A DNA stretch of 64,000 bases from Bigelowiella natans CCMP2755 (Eukaryota; Protista; Cercozoa), in assembly GCA_000320545.1 (NCBI GenBank), contig ADNK01000517.1:1-64000 (forward strand), in the 5' to 3' direction. This document shows positions 14,507 to 27,336 of this stretch, piece after piece. Position numbers and translations under genes: made by a program. Positions within the stretch are counted from its first letter, which is position 1, and every line of letters starts with the position of its first letter. The notes under the pieces are model-generated. The model saw only the letters and a program-made list of their open reading frames with translations. It was not told the DNA's origin and made no database searches.

Positions 14507-15941
14507 ATGATGTTCGACCGCAAATATTTCAGTGTAGATTGTGAATCCCGTGAATGCTCATCCCCAGGATCAGACCCAGCACACCTTAAAATGTTTGAAC
14601 AGCCTGAGACATCCAGGATGTTCAAAGAAGGACTACTAACGGGCAACTTTGAGCAATCCTATTTACCACATCACAACCGTTTTGGAAACCTGACGAATGA
14701 AGTACATAAAGGGTACCATAGTTGTCAGATTCAGCAGCAACAGCTCCTAGAAGCAAGACGGAAGAGGCATACGTTTGATTTTGTTTCAAGTTCTAGTGCT
14801 TGTGGAAGTCAACAATCGAGGATTATTTCTAAAGCAAATCGTATGAATCAATTAAGAATGAAGAAGTTTCAGGTGCAAATCCCTACAGTATATAGTCGGT
14901 TGGGCAGTCAGGAAGAACAGAAAAATTGGGAAGTAGCAGACCTTCTGCATCCCAGCCATAAGCTTCAAAATGTTTCAATTAGACACTGGCCACAAAAGCT
15001 CAATTCCGAGTCCCATAACTTTCCAGCTGTCATATATGGAGCGGTTGACACAGTGCCTGTACTGGGAAAAAGTAGTTTGAGGCACACTATCATTGATCAA
15101 CAGTATAATTTCGATCCAAGCACACAAATGAGAACCAATTATAACGGATCCGCTTATAGAAAACCAGTGAACACTTTAGGCCTGAGAGTAATTGAGGGTA
15201 CCATCAGGGCTGAAAATGTTAATCATAATTTCAAACGGCGAAAAAATTCATCTCACCCCAAGCGTTTCTCACCTCTTGAACGAAATGGAGGTGTAAATAT
15301 CGAAATAGTCAGACACCTTGATACCACCCCTGACACAAAAAATTTGGGTTTCTGGCAACGCCAGTCGGTATCAGAATTTCAAACGGCTTCTCCTGAGGAA
15401 CAAAAAGGCTACATAAATTCCTCAGAAAACGTTCTTAAACGTACATCATTGCGTCGTCAACGTTCCTCGCCTGCAAAACTGTCGAAGTCTCCTCATGAAG
15501 GATCGAAAAGAAGAAGATTATTTCACAAACATTCTTCAAGCCTTCTTGTTTCATCTCTACATTCACATGTCTCTGTTTCGACAGTCCCAAAAAGAGAGAC
15601 CACAAAAAAAAGGTTTCCATGTCCGGAATGCGGAAAACTATTTGCTAGACGATATTACGTGAACCAACACATGAGAATTCACAGAAATTATTATCCATTT
15701 CAATGCAGCTACTGTGTGCGCAAATTCAAGCACCAGTCAAATCTCATCGCGCATGAACAGGTGAATTAAATTGACGACAAAACCATCCAATCATCGATCA
15801 TTAAATGTGGGAATCTATCTACTTGCATGATCTCAGGGACACACGAAACTGTACAGATTCAAGTGCTCACATTGTCCCTCTGGTTATCCACGACGAGACA
15901 GGCTGGTTCGTCATTTGAAAAACAAACATGGTTGCAAATGA
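14507..15941 (+). CDS. C2H2 zinc-finger transcription factor (3 C-terminal fingers)
   Basis: ORF 14441-15769 ends with CPECGKLFARRYYVNQHMRIH and CSYCVRKFKHQSNLIAHEQ. After an intron (15761-15836), the last exon supplies GH plus a third finger CSHCPSGYPRRDRLVRHLKNKH. Start uncertain. Confidence 0.85.
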
Positions 15942-17044
15942 CCACTTGCTCTGTCTTCGTTTCTTCGACAATGCAGCATCCGTCCAATGCACATGCACGC
16001 ATGCACAATGCAAATGCAGGGCTGGATGTTTTTGAAGAACATCATGCGCTAGTTTTGCGCGATTTTTTTTTCCACCTGCAGCAAATGCGCACAGACGTGC
16101 GTCAGCGCTAGCAGCGGCGGCTACAATGTCTAGATGTGCAAAAATGCGCAAGCTCAGCGCATTCTTTTAGCCATGATGTTGTTGGGGACGTTCATGATCG
16201 TGCATGCAAAAGAGTTCGTGTGCTGGAGCTACGCTCACACAAAAGCTCGTTGCAAAATCGAAACGGGCCTGTCACATGACAATTGATGTCAATTGTGGAC
16301 AACGCGTGATGCACGTGCATGCCAATGCACGTCGCCGTCACTGCTAGACTTGGACTGACGCAATGCAATGTGGCTAGGTGGGTTGATGGCGAGCCAACAG
16401 GTGACGCACTCGGTTCAAAAAGCGATTTCTGATTCATGTTGTCAATGTTGTCAAACGTGTTAGTCAAGACCAGACCAGCAGTGCACGCAGTGAACCACAC
16501 ACACCTCTGGACCTGTCCAGTCTCTAGAGTCTGTCTAGCTGTGCTAGCTGTGTGCGAGGGTTGCGATGCGGGCTGACTAGCTAGCTAGCTGACCTTCACT
16601 TGCACACGCACAACCTCGCGCAGTCTAGCAGTGCCAGAGTGTGCCAGAGTGGTCTCAGGCATGCGCACCACGCACGCTGCATGCTAGGCTGGTGAATGCA
16701 CACCTGGCACGTCTAGACGTGCATTGAGCTGTGCTAGCTGTGGTTGACGTGCCACGTGCACGTGTGTCGTGTCGTGCACTGCGCTAGCTGCGCGCGCCAC
16801 GTTGAGACTTGTTGTGTCTTGTGGAAACAACGCACTGACCTCGAACAATGAACAATGAACAAAGCATTGATGCAAAAGCACTGCGTGAGCAACAACCACA
16901 TGGGAGACGTGCACAAACGTGTGGCAGTGCCTCAACAAAAATCACAGCGAGGACAACTTGTCAGCACCCTGTTGGTGAAACAATGAATCAATGATGATGA
17001 ACCACGTTTCCAAAGTGTTGCAAGACACTTGCAGTGTGCGAAAC

Positions 17045-17350
17045 GGAGTGCCTCGAACCAGCTTCAGTGGGGTCCAACCGGAGAAACCGGGAGGAATTTG
17101 AGATTGGTGGTCTGGCCACAGAGGAGCAAAGGGACTAGCAGCAATGTGGCGACACGTGCGTGGCGACGACGTGGAGCATCCACTCTGAGAAGGATGATGA
17201 ACAAGAAATGCAGTGCCTCGAACTGGCTTCAGTGAGGACTGACTAGCAAACTAGCGGGGTTCATGCAAATTGGCACGAACTGAACATTGAATGCATCACA
17301 ACTAGCAGCCAATGACGACGACGCAAAGCATCCATCCTGAGCAGGAACTT
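17045..17350. repeat. Degenerate ~170-bp duplication within a probable decayed TE
   Basis: agtgcctcgaaccagcttcagtg (~17047) versus agtgcctcgaactggcttcagtg (~17212); acgacgtggagcatccactctgagaagga (~17166) versus acgacgcaaagcatccatcctgagcagga (~17318). Confidence 0.55.
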
Positions 17351-17581
17351 CCTAACAGCCACGTCCACACGGAGATCAACGACGTTTGTTTCTAGCCAAT
17401 GTCCTGTGACTACGAGTAGGAAAGCTAAGGCCTCAATGTCGCAGGATGAAGTTGCAATCAATTTCTACAATGTCGTCGTCAAATCTCGAATTCATTGCAA
17501 ACGAACATGTCGCACGGAGAAAATGGCAATGATTCTTTGAAATCTGGGAAACAAATTTTTGAATTTGATTTAGATGCCACC

Positions 17582-18322
17582 ATGAGGCTCCGCCTACCCC
17601 TCGCGGTACTCTGTGCGCTCCTTACGAGTCGGCTAGCCTGCTGTACGGAAATCAACAGCACAGTCATATCTACGGTCTTCCATTCATTACGAAATATAAT
17701 GTGGCCTAAATTTGAAATGCAAAGTGCAAGCTTGGAGACATCACACATCCTGACATGTTTCAATTTACAATCTAAGGACTACGAGCCCTTGCAGAGAAGT
17801 CTAGACCAACAGGCTGTGCGACTGAAGTCATACAGCAACCAAATAGGTAATAATTTATCGTTATAGGTAGGAAACCTGTAATCATTGAGAATTGCTTGTA
17901 GCTGCTCACCAGGAAGCTGTCGGAAGAGAGTTACAGCAAGCCACTCTAGTTGACACGAGGAACTGGGAAATCATAAAATCACATCAGGTCTCTGCTACCC
18001 GTTTCAGATAATTTGCTACTTTGTGTAATTATTAACATTGTTAGGCATACCTTGCATCTCTCAAAAATCAGTATGATGCAGTGAAGTCGGATGCTCTGAC
18101 AGCGGTAGAAAATGTGGCAAATGTGATAAAAATTGTATTTTGAGTGAATATATGCCTCAGCTTCAACAAGGAATGGCTGACGTCCATATTCCTCCTGCTC
18201 CTCCTGCAACACCAATGGCCTCTGGAGCCGCTGTTTTCCCTCAAATATATTCTGGCTACCAGACACAAATTTATTCAAATTCTGTGCAAGCTCCTTTTCC
18301 GATTACTCCTCCAGTTGTTTAA
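17582..18322 (+). CDS. Hypothetical secreted protein (~150 aa), 5 exons
   Basis: Signal-peptide-like MRLRLPLAVLCALLTSRLACC. Four GT-AG introns keep a continuous frame: ...DYEPLQRSLDQQAVRLKSYSNQIAAHQEAVGRELQQ...AYLASLKNQYDAVKSDALTALQQGMADVHIPPAPPATP...PITPPVV*. Confidence 0.6.
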
Positions 18323-18417
18323 TACTTGGCGTATTATCCCAGAGGCACGTATTTTCCCACTAAAATATTATCATCGCGGCGGTAGTCCTAAAAGTTGCTA
18401 CAATCATGACATGCACA

Positions 18418-18459
<42 letters not shown>

Positions 18460-19039
18460 CCACCACCGATAAGTTGGACGTATGCATTATCGATCTTCCA
18501 CGTGGCTTCATTTTCACCGGCAATCGAAGTACACGACGGGCAATGCATACACATGCATGTATAGTATAGATTTACTAAAATGCATTTGTCACATGCGCAC
18601 CTAATTGCTCAAAAAGCAAAAAGTCATAAGGAGAGATAGATCTGAGATATAGCCATGCCCGGCGATGCGGCAATACTTGAGTCATCCCTTCGATCTAGCA
18701 TGTCTAGCTAGCTAGATACATGTGCATGGCGTGGCGTACAGCCTCCATAATTACTCTCAGCATGTGCCGCGTGCGTCATCTCCTGCTATGACAATAAGAA
18801 ATATTTCATATATTCACACTGACACACACAGCAACATCTGTAACTCACACGTAGCAAACGGAAGTAGCAGTCGTACTGATATCACATGCTTTCTCTGCCG
18901 ATCGCATAATCATGCGGGCATGGTCTGTGTTATTATTAACTATTATTGCTTAGCCCCCGTAATGCATTAATTGAAGGCATTATCATACTACATACAAATG
19001 TATGACTTTCTTTTCGAACGAATATATTCATAATCGCTC

Positions 19040-20109
19040 TTAGAGCCAGGGGTATAACTCTGCACGCTTCTCCTCGAATTGCTTTATCTTTCCCTCTTTC
19101 TGTAAAGTGAGTCCAATGTCATCAAGACCGTTTAGAAGACAGTATCGGCGAAACTCTTCCACAGAGAAGCTTATCTTATCCCCATTCGACCTGCAGAGCA
19201 CAAACAACACCAAAATCACATGTGTATCCAAGTTACAAGAGCCATCAACCCCATGGTTTTCTATCGACGAATTTAGTTCTTCACTGCGAAAGTTGCCAAC
19301 CATTAACAACTGGTTGGTATTTTTCTTGGCTACTGTGTCGAAGTCAGTCAGGCTCTAGATTATTATCTCGGAAGCAGCCCTTACGTTCCATGCAGGTAGC
19401 ACTTGAACTGCTACTACTCCTCACAACGATACTCGCAAATACCTTGTGATGGTCTGAGACTCGAGATCGACAGTGACTGGCTTCGTGGCCTTCGCGTCCT
19501 CTAGCAGCGTATCACGCTGTGGGAGGGAGAATATCTTCAGTTAGGAGGCATCAATTCCAACAGTTTGGTTCTGTAAGGAGGAAGAGAGGAGGAGGAGGAG
19601 GAGGAGGAGGAGGAGGAGGAGGAGGAGAGACCGACTAACCACTTCTTCCGGCACTTTAAGTGGCAGCATGCCGTTCTTGAAGCAGTTGTTGAAGAAAATG
19701 TCAGCGAAGCTCGTCGAGATAATGCACTTGAACCCCATATCGTTCAGAGCCCACGGTGCGTGCTCCCTGAAGATGATGATGACGTTTTATAAACTTTACT
19801 TAGAAGGGGGGGAGAACCGGTCATGTTCCAGAGTTATGCACTTCAGTATCATCATCCGTAGCAGACGACGATGCAATAGCGCAATAATTGACAGATAGAA
19901 TGCTTCAAAACTACCTGGACGATCCGCATCCGAAGTTTTCCCCTGCAATAAGGATTGGGGCGCCTTTGTACACAGGCTAATAGTTGCGGATAGTAGTGGA
20001 GGGGGGTTGGTTAGATGATCGCGATCAATCATGAGTGCGAAGGGTGCGAAGGTATTGATTATCATAATGAGCAGCACCTAACACAAGCTTCTACAAACAC
20101 GCACACTCA

Positions 20110-20143
<34 letters not shown>

Positions 20144-21044
20144 AAGAATAGCAGAACGCCAATAATTCATATTCATATGCTGGCGTGCCTGGTTCAGGAT
20201 GAAGTCCTCCCTCTCCTTGCCGTCATCATCATATCGCATCTCGTCGAATGCGTGCACGCCGAGTCCTGAGCGCTTGATGGTCTTGAGGAATTGTTTGGGA
20301 ATGATCATATCCGTATCGACGTTCCTCATGTCCAGTGGGGCTGCTGTGCCCGAGACGCTGGTGAAGGCCTCAAACATAGTAACGCTGCGACCGGTTCTAA
20401 ACCCCCGTCTCTGCTGGTTGAAGTTGCCCTGCTGTACGCGCCTCGTCGTCGAGAACGAGCGCTGGCCCCCTCCCAATTTTCGGACGTCCGAGAGGCGCCC
20501 AGTAACAGCGGCAGCAGCTGTACAGTAGAAAGGAGGCATACTTTGTGGGTGGGTGGGTGGGTGCGATTCTAGTGAAAGGTGGTGTAAAATTTGCGACTTC
20601 GATAAACCTAATCTACGTCGCCCTCTCCCTCCTCCCTCCTCCACCTCCTCTTCTCAGATCATCCTCCAAACTCTTTAGGTTCTCGTCGGAATGATGACGA
20701 TGAAGATGATGATGGTGGTCGTGGTGGTGGTGATGCGCAGTATCCTCTTTACTGCTACTACTTACTAACGTACGGGCCATGCAGGGCTGACGAGATGTGT
20801 GCGACTCCTTTCCTGTCGGCCCTCAAAATTGCGGTTTGACGTCGAAGCGCAGCGTTCCCCTGGTTCCAGGCGATCAGCATTCATGGCAAGACACATGGAG
20901 CATCCAGGCTCACGCCACTCGAAGCCTGCCTCGAGGAAGATCTGGTCGAGGCCTTCTTCTTCAGCTTGCTTCTTTACAAGCCCAGATCCAGGCACGATCA
21001 TTGCAGTCTTTATGTTGCCCGCAACCTGTTGTTGTCGTACTCAT

Positions 21045-21082
<38 letters not shown>

Positions 21083-22017
21083 CTCTCACCCTCAGGCCAT
21101 CACCCATCATCAATATAAATCCTATGTAAGCTCTTCCTCCCCCTGGCACTACTACTACTACTACTTCTTCTTCTTCTTCTACTACTACTGCTACTACTAC
21201 CACTACTACTGCTGCTGCTACTATTACTACTACCTTGAGCCCCTTGGCAACGTCTGCAGCCGCCCTAAGGTCCTCGATTCTCCCATTGGTGCAAGACCCG
21301 ATGAACACCTGGTGGTGGGCGATTTTGTGATCACATCGCATAAATCATCAACGAATGAATGGAGGCTAGATAGTGGCAAATTAGCAATGATCATGATCAT
21401 GATGATGATGATGATGATGATGATGGGGAACCAGCGAGATGAAGCCCCAATCCCACCCCCACACACAACACGGAACATAATGCTCGTTGTTCTTTTCTAT
21501 CGATCCTTTGGGCAGCAGCAGCGGCAGGAGGAGGAGAAGGAGCAGAAGCAGCAGCATCAAGCAACTCTGCCTAGATACCTACCTTGTCAACTTCAATGTC
21601 TTCAACCTTCGTGCCAGGCTCCAAGCCCATGTAGTCAAGTGCACGTTCAATCGCCTTCGCTTTGGCGGGGTCCGACTCGCTCTTGGGGTCGGGAACAGCG
21701 TCTGGAAAAGACCCCCAGATTAAGGGGGAAAGAAGGGAAAGAAGCAGATGAGGAAAAAGCTGGGGAAATCAACAACGATTTCACAGTATCTGTGATGCTT
21801 GTTCCTCCTGCTTTCAAAGGAGAAAGAAGCAGCTATTATTACCATCGACACGAAGTACGTCTTCTGGTGAAGTTCCCCACGTGACCATAGGCGCAATGTC
21901 CTTAGCATCAAGCACCACTTCTGTGTCGTATGTGGCCCCTGGGTCTGAAGGCAGAGTCTTCCAGTACGACACCTAATGATTTGGAAAATAAAGAAAGCGA
22001 GAAAGGAGGAGGAGAGT

Positions 22018-22063
<46 letters not shown>

Positions 22064-22621
22064 GTAAATCAACGAGACATGAGACAGATTTTGGTTGTTA
22101 TATGGACGCAAATGAGAAGTAAGATTCGCATCCACCTCTTAAAGATGGTAAGGAACATTGGAATCATCATCATCAACATCAACAATAACAACAAAGACGA
22201 CGACGAAAACAAGGGAGAGGCGGCTCGCATCCTATACCGCTCGCCACCAACGCCGAAACATGCATTAATAACATGATGTGATTGGCAAGCAACAAGCCAC
22301 AGACGACCGCTTTCTCCCAGTTCTCTCCCTGTGGAGCCATAGGCTTGCCCTTGAGATAGTCGAATGTTATCTGTATTACGAATCATTGCACGACAGAAGA
22401 AGAAGAAGAAGAAGAAGAAGAAGAAGGAGTGAGACCTCAGGTCATCTTGGAATCATAGCGGTGTTGGCAAACGTTATGAAGATGATGACGTAACGAAGAT
22501 AAGACACCCCACAGCTGCTCGATCGACCGCATATTCAGTACTTACTCCCCAATTAAGTAAAGTAAACGAAGAACACACAGCTTAAACTTCCTAGAGCCAT
22601 AGTAAATCAATCCATTTATTC

Positions 22622-22667
<46 letters not shown>

Positions 22668-22668
22668 C

Positions 22669-22708
<40 letters not shown>

Positions 22709-24456
22709 GGTCAGGGGCAATCATGCCTGCACGGGCGCCGCCTTCAATGGACATATTGCAGATGGTCATTCTGGCTTCCATCGACAGCTTACCCATCACA
22801 TCGCCTGCATACTCGATCACATGGCCGGTGCCTCCCGCTGTTCCAATTACGCCGATAATAGCCAGAACAACGTCCTGGGAAATCCAGATGATGTGAATCA
22901 AGAAGAAGAAGAAGAAGAAGAAGAAGAAGAAGAAGAAGCGGCAGTCATGGTTATGAAGATGAAGAGGAATGGAAAATGGAAAGCGGTTTTTACAGAAATG
23001 CATTATATATGTTAGAATACTTATGACGGGTAGGGGGGCGGGGAGGGAGGGGCACCACCTTAGATGTAACTCCTGGAAGCAACTCGCCCTCAACGGTAAT
23101 ACGCATGTTCTTGGCGGGCTTTTGCAACAGCGTTTGTGTGGCCAAAACGTGCTCAACCTCCGATGTACCAATACCGAATGCAAGAGCACCGAAAGCTCCA
23201 TGTGTGGACGTGTGACTGTCCCCGCACACGATCGTCATTCCAGGCTGTGTGAAGCCTGTGCCGTCATCATCATCGTATCATCGACAACACCACCAACCAG
23301 CAGAGAGAAGCTTTGCCCCCCCCCCCCCCCCCCTCTCTCTCTTTTTCTCTCTCTTTGCTCTGTGTGCATGCTTGTGAAGTGCAAATGCACACCTTGCTCG
23401 GGTCCGATGATGTGAACAATGCCCTGGCGTTGGTCCTCCATGCCGAAGTACTCCAAACCGAACTCACCACAGTTTGCTGTCAACGTCTCGACCTTTGTTT
23501 TTGTGCAGTAGCAGGTAAATCAACACAAAGATTCGGCTTCAGCGCAGCGTTGGATCGATTTTAAAGTGGTTTTGCTTGTTCCTGCAAGCTACACCTTACG
23601 TTCTTCAAACACACCCCTCAAGCAACCCCTTAGCGTATGCAACTACAACACAACGTTGAACCTGGAGCTTGGACTCCGGGTTGTCAATCCCCTTCCTACG
23701 ATCTGTCGTTGGAACGTTGTGGTCCGCAGTTGCTAAGGTGCAATCCAAACGACGGACCTGCCGTCCAGCCGTACGGAGTCCCTCGAAGGCTGATGATTCG
23801 ATTTATTATATGCAAATATTCCAATATTACGAATGATTCGATCCAGTGCTAATGTACTAGCCTAAAAATTTTGTCGGGGTGCATAATGGTGCTAATGGTG
23901 ACGTGGAGGCTGCAAAAGATACGTTTGGTGTTTGGCTTCCACCATGAAAACCATCTCACAAGCTTCTATCAGAAATGAGGACACATGGTCTACAAAAACC
24001 TTGAGGGCTCGTGACTTCATGGACAAGGTGACGGTCGATGTAGATGAGGCAGGTGCCATCATCCTGCGAAAAAGGTAGAGGAAAATAAAGTTTAGCATAA
24101 AAGACCCACCCACCTGTGTCTTATCTGTTCTAAAAGGGGAAAATACGATTTACTAGCATCTCCACCAGGCTGATAGTGCGGCTCCATATTCATTCGAAAG
24201 AATGCGTGTGGTAATCACCAACCTGCTTATCTACGACATGACTTTCCCAGATCTTGTCAAAAAGGGTTTTGGGTGCCGAGGACATCCATCGAAGGCTATT
24301 GGTGCCCGTGCGTGCCGCCACGCGACGGTGGGGTCTGAGAAACCAATTAGATGAATTTAGAATCGCGCTTGACGATGGTGTTTTTGTAGCCGGATTTCTC
24401 GACAAAATTTGTCTTAGTTCTCGATGATCCTCCCCCCTTGATCTACTTAGATACAT
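19040..24456 (-). CDS. LEU1: 3-isopropylmalate dehydratase, fused large (LeuC) + small (LeuD) subunits, with N-terminal mitochondrial-type presequence
   Basis: LeuC motifs [85 protein letters not shown] and GCSMCLAMN...[11 protein letters not shown]. LeuD motifs [46 protein letters not shown] and [13 protein letters not shown]. Confidence 0.96.
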
Positions 24457-25837
24457 GTGTTTTCGAAAAAGTAGTCTCCGAAATTGGGAAAATGGGGATA
24501 CGAAAAATAACACATGCTAGGACCCTCTGCGATTGTGACAACTATGAGCTTCTTCATGTGACTAAGCATGCAGGAGTAGCTTCTCTGGTAGTTCTAACGT
24601 TCTAAGAGGTTAACCGAGTGAGTAAGCAACGCCACATTGTTGAGCAACGTTCTCTCGTTCGGGGAAGGGGGGTTCCAAAGGTTACGTTCCCGTGTTTTTG
24701 CGCCACGTCGGATTACGTCTAGGCTGAAATTCGACATAAATGCACTCCCTTTTATAGACTGCGACATCACGGAAATAGCTTGATGTTTTCATCAGCATTT
24801 TTCCCAAATAAAATGTTGTCGTTCGAACCAATCGCCGATCCTTTTCTGCACAATTGGCATTCCTCCCGTAGATCTACTCGCCCTGTCGATCGGCTTGTCA
24901 ACAGCCTGCAGCCCATCGGAATGTCGAATTGACACGAATCTTGAGCAGAGTGATCCTTGAGCTCATTCAGTAATGCAGGTTCTGTTCAGCATTCTTCTTC
25001 TTCCTTCAGCCGCAGATCAGCCACTCGTTCAATCTGACATTCGGCTGCACGTCGACATGCACCATTCTGGCATTGGAATTGCTTCGTGCATCGTTGGCGC
25101 TTGGAACCACCATCCATCATTGCATTGATCAATCAATTCGTCGTTCATTCAAGTGGTGAGCCAGCACACTAATCGTCGGTTGCACTGACGAGCGCTGTCA
25201 CGAAGGAAGAGTTGGAAGGAGAGTGGAAGAGTGTGAGGAAGAAGAAGAAGATGCAAAGAAGAAGAAGAAGAATGAGAAGACGAAGCAGCACGTGGATTAG
25301 AGGAAGTCCAGAAATCATAGAAGTGTGTGTGCGTCTATACATCACCCTCAAAAACTGCACACCACTAGACCAGGTTCTCCCATTCTGATCAAGCCTGGTG
25401 TCTGACGAAGTCACGGGGCTCACGTTCATCGATCGTGCTGAGGTGCGCACAGCGGAAGCACCTCATCATGGACTGTGTGAGTGCGTGCATGTGATGTGTG
25501 TCCTTGTTGATCGAGCACAATTTGATCACAAGAAGGTGCAGTGATCACAACTCTTATACTCTACCTTACTAGCTAGACTGAAGGAGACACAACGATGCCA
25601 TCCAGCCAGCGCCACAAACTCACTCATTTTTCAACATCAGCACTAGACATAGCAGGCAGGGAGCGGACAAAGCTCCGCAACAAACTGCTCTGCACGACCA
25701 AACGCGGACTGGCGTCAAGAATTTTGGGCCGCTGTGCTCTGTGCTTCATAGAGCTTATGCATTGCTACATCACATTGCCAGAAATTCAGGATTTCATGTG
25801 TGCAAACTTGCATCCATCCAGACAAACAAGTGAAGGC

Positions 25838-26080
25838 TCTGCCCGCTCATTAGTTGCACATTGATTTTGTTCATTGCTGACAGTGATTGCATGCATTGTG
25901 TTCTGTGTTGCAAATGTCTGCTCGCTCATCAGCTGCACACTGCTAGCATTGGTTTTGTTCATTGCTGACAGAATTTGCATGCATCGTGTTCTGTGTCACA
26001 AACATCTGCTCGCTCATCAGTTGCACATTGGTTTCATTTATTGCTGACAGAACATGCATCGTGTTCCATGTTACAAACAT
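25838..26080. repeat. Degenerate tandem repeat, ~80-88 bp x 3
   Basis: Unit ctgc(c/t)cgctcatyagytgcaca...ttcattgctgacag...tgcatgcatygtgttctgtgt..caaa occurs three times. Confidence 0.75.
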
Positions 26081-26430
26081 TTTGCAATATGTCGAACTTC
26101 ACTACATGCTTTTTTTGTACCATGCATGCATCTCTAGCTACGCTAGTACGACGGTGACACTTTTGTTTAATATTAGTCTTCTTGCGCATCTTAATTGCAC
26201 TAAGCACGCCCGACCAGGTCACTTCAATCTCACGCGGTTTCTACACTTATTTTTTCCGCCTTAATCTAAACGAATATGCCAGGATCCTAATTTCCTGTAT
26301 GCAGTGACTACACTGCATCGCATCAAAAGTCTGCTTCTTACATTTCTAGCTAGTAACAATAACTGCGTTTTTCGGTTAGGAGACTTGATAATTCTTCATG
26401 TATATACAAAATTTTCAAAATTAATTTCTT

Positions 26431-27336
26431 TTAGGAGTACTTCTTCCTTTTGCGGTAACGTTTGTCTCCTGTCCTCCATTTATATATTGCCCTCTCCGCA
26501 TCGTGCTTCGTATTCAGAACTGATATTTTATAATTAGAAATTATGGAAATGAATTTACGTTGTTTACGTCACAATAATAAATCTTTTCGGTAATTATTGA
26601 TTCGTAGGGAATAGATGTTAGAATAAAAACTTACTTTCTTCTTCGAGCAACGCTAGCTTTGACACGAAAGGCGCATGCGTGTTCGCACGCCAGACGGTAG
26701 ATCTGACAATTATTTCTCGGAATCTGGCCCCCAGGCCCTTTAATAGCATCCCAGTTATGGACGGGTCCTGAAACCTAAAGGTAGGAGAACTTATTGATGA
26801 CTTATTCCTCAAGATCTTTTGGAAAGCTGATGTGGTTCTTACAGTTCAGATAGTCTTTGGCCGAGCTCGTAGAAATGTGGAGGACAACGCTCCCTTAAAT
26901 CCATTGCTTCTGGCTCAGCTAAAAAATTCTTTTCGAAGGCCTTCCCTAAGTAGTCTGGAATGTTTATATCTACGACGTTCCGTTTTTTGAGTGATTCGGC
27001 GAGCCAAAAGGGCACCTGGACTTTCGCATCTTCTTTCACCTGTCGACAGTATTTGCGCTATTCACCCTCAGGATCTACCATCAATCATTTATTATTTACG
27101 TCATCTGAGATCCCATTCGGGTCAAGGTATCCAAGATCTGTTGCGTCGATTCTGAAACTCACGGTTACGGGCTGATGGGATAGGAGACAGACAAGTCAGA
27201 AATTTTATGTTATATGCGAGTTGGATTGCAAAATTTGTACTGCGTGAGTGAATGCGTGTACCTCTGACTCTATAAGAATATCATCAATGTCGTAGTAAGA
27301 GCTTCTATTCGGTCTGCTCTTTCCAGAGGAGGACAT
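26431..27336 (-). CDS. PSF3: GINS complex subunit Psf3
   Basis: Spliced product SYYDIDDILIESEPVTVSF...LGYLDP...VQVPFWLAESL...DLRERCPPHFYELG...FVSKLALLEEE; standard Psf3 motifs. Confidence 0.85.

Noticed and set aside
25838-26080. Repeat array considered as CRISPR-like
   Set aside because: Contiguous degenerate units without unique spacers, eukaryotic context, and no cas genes.
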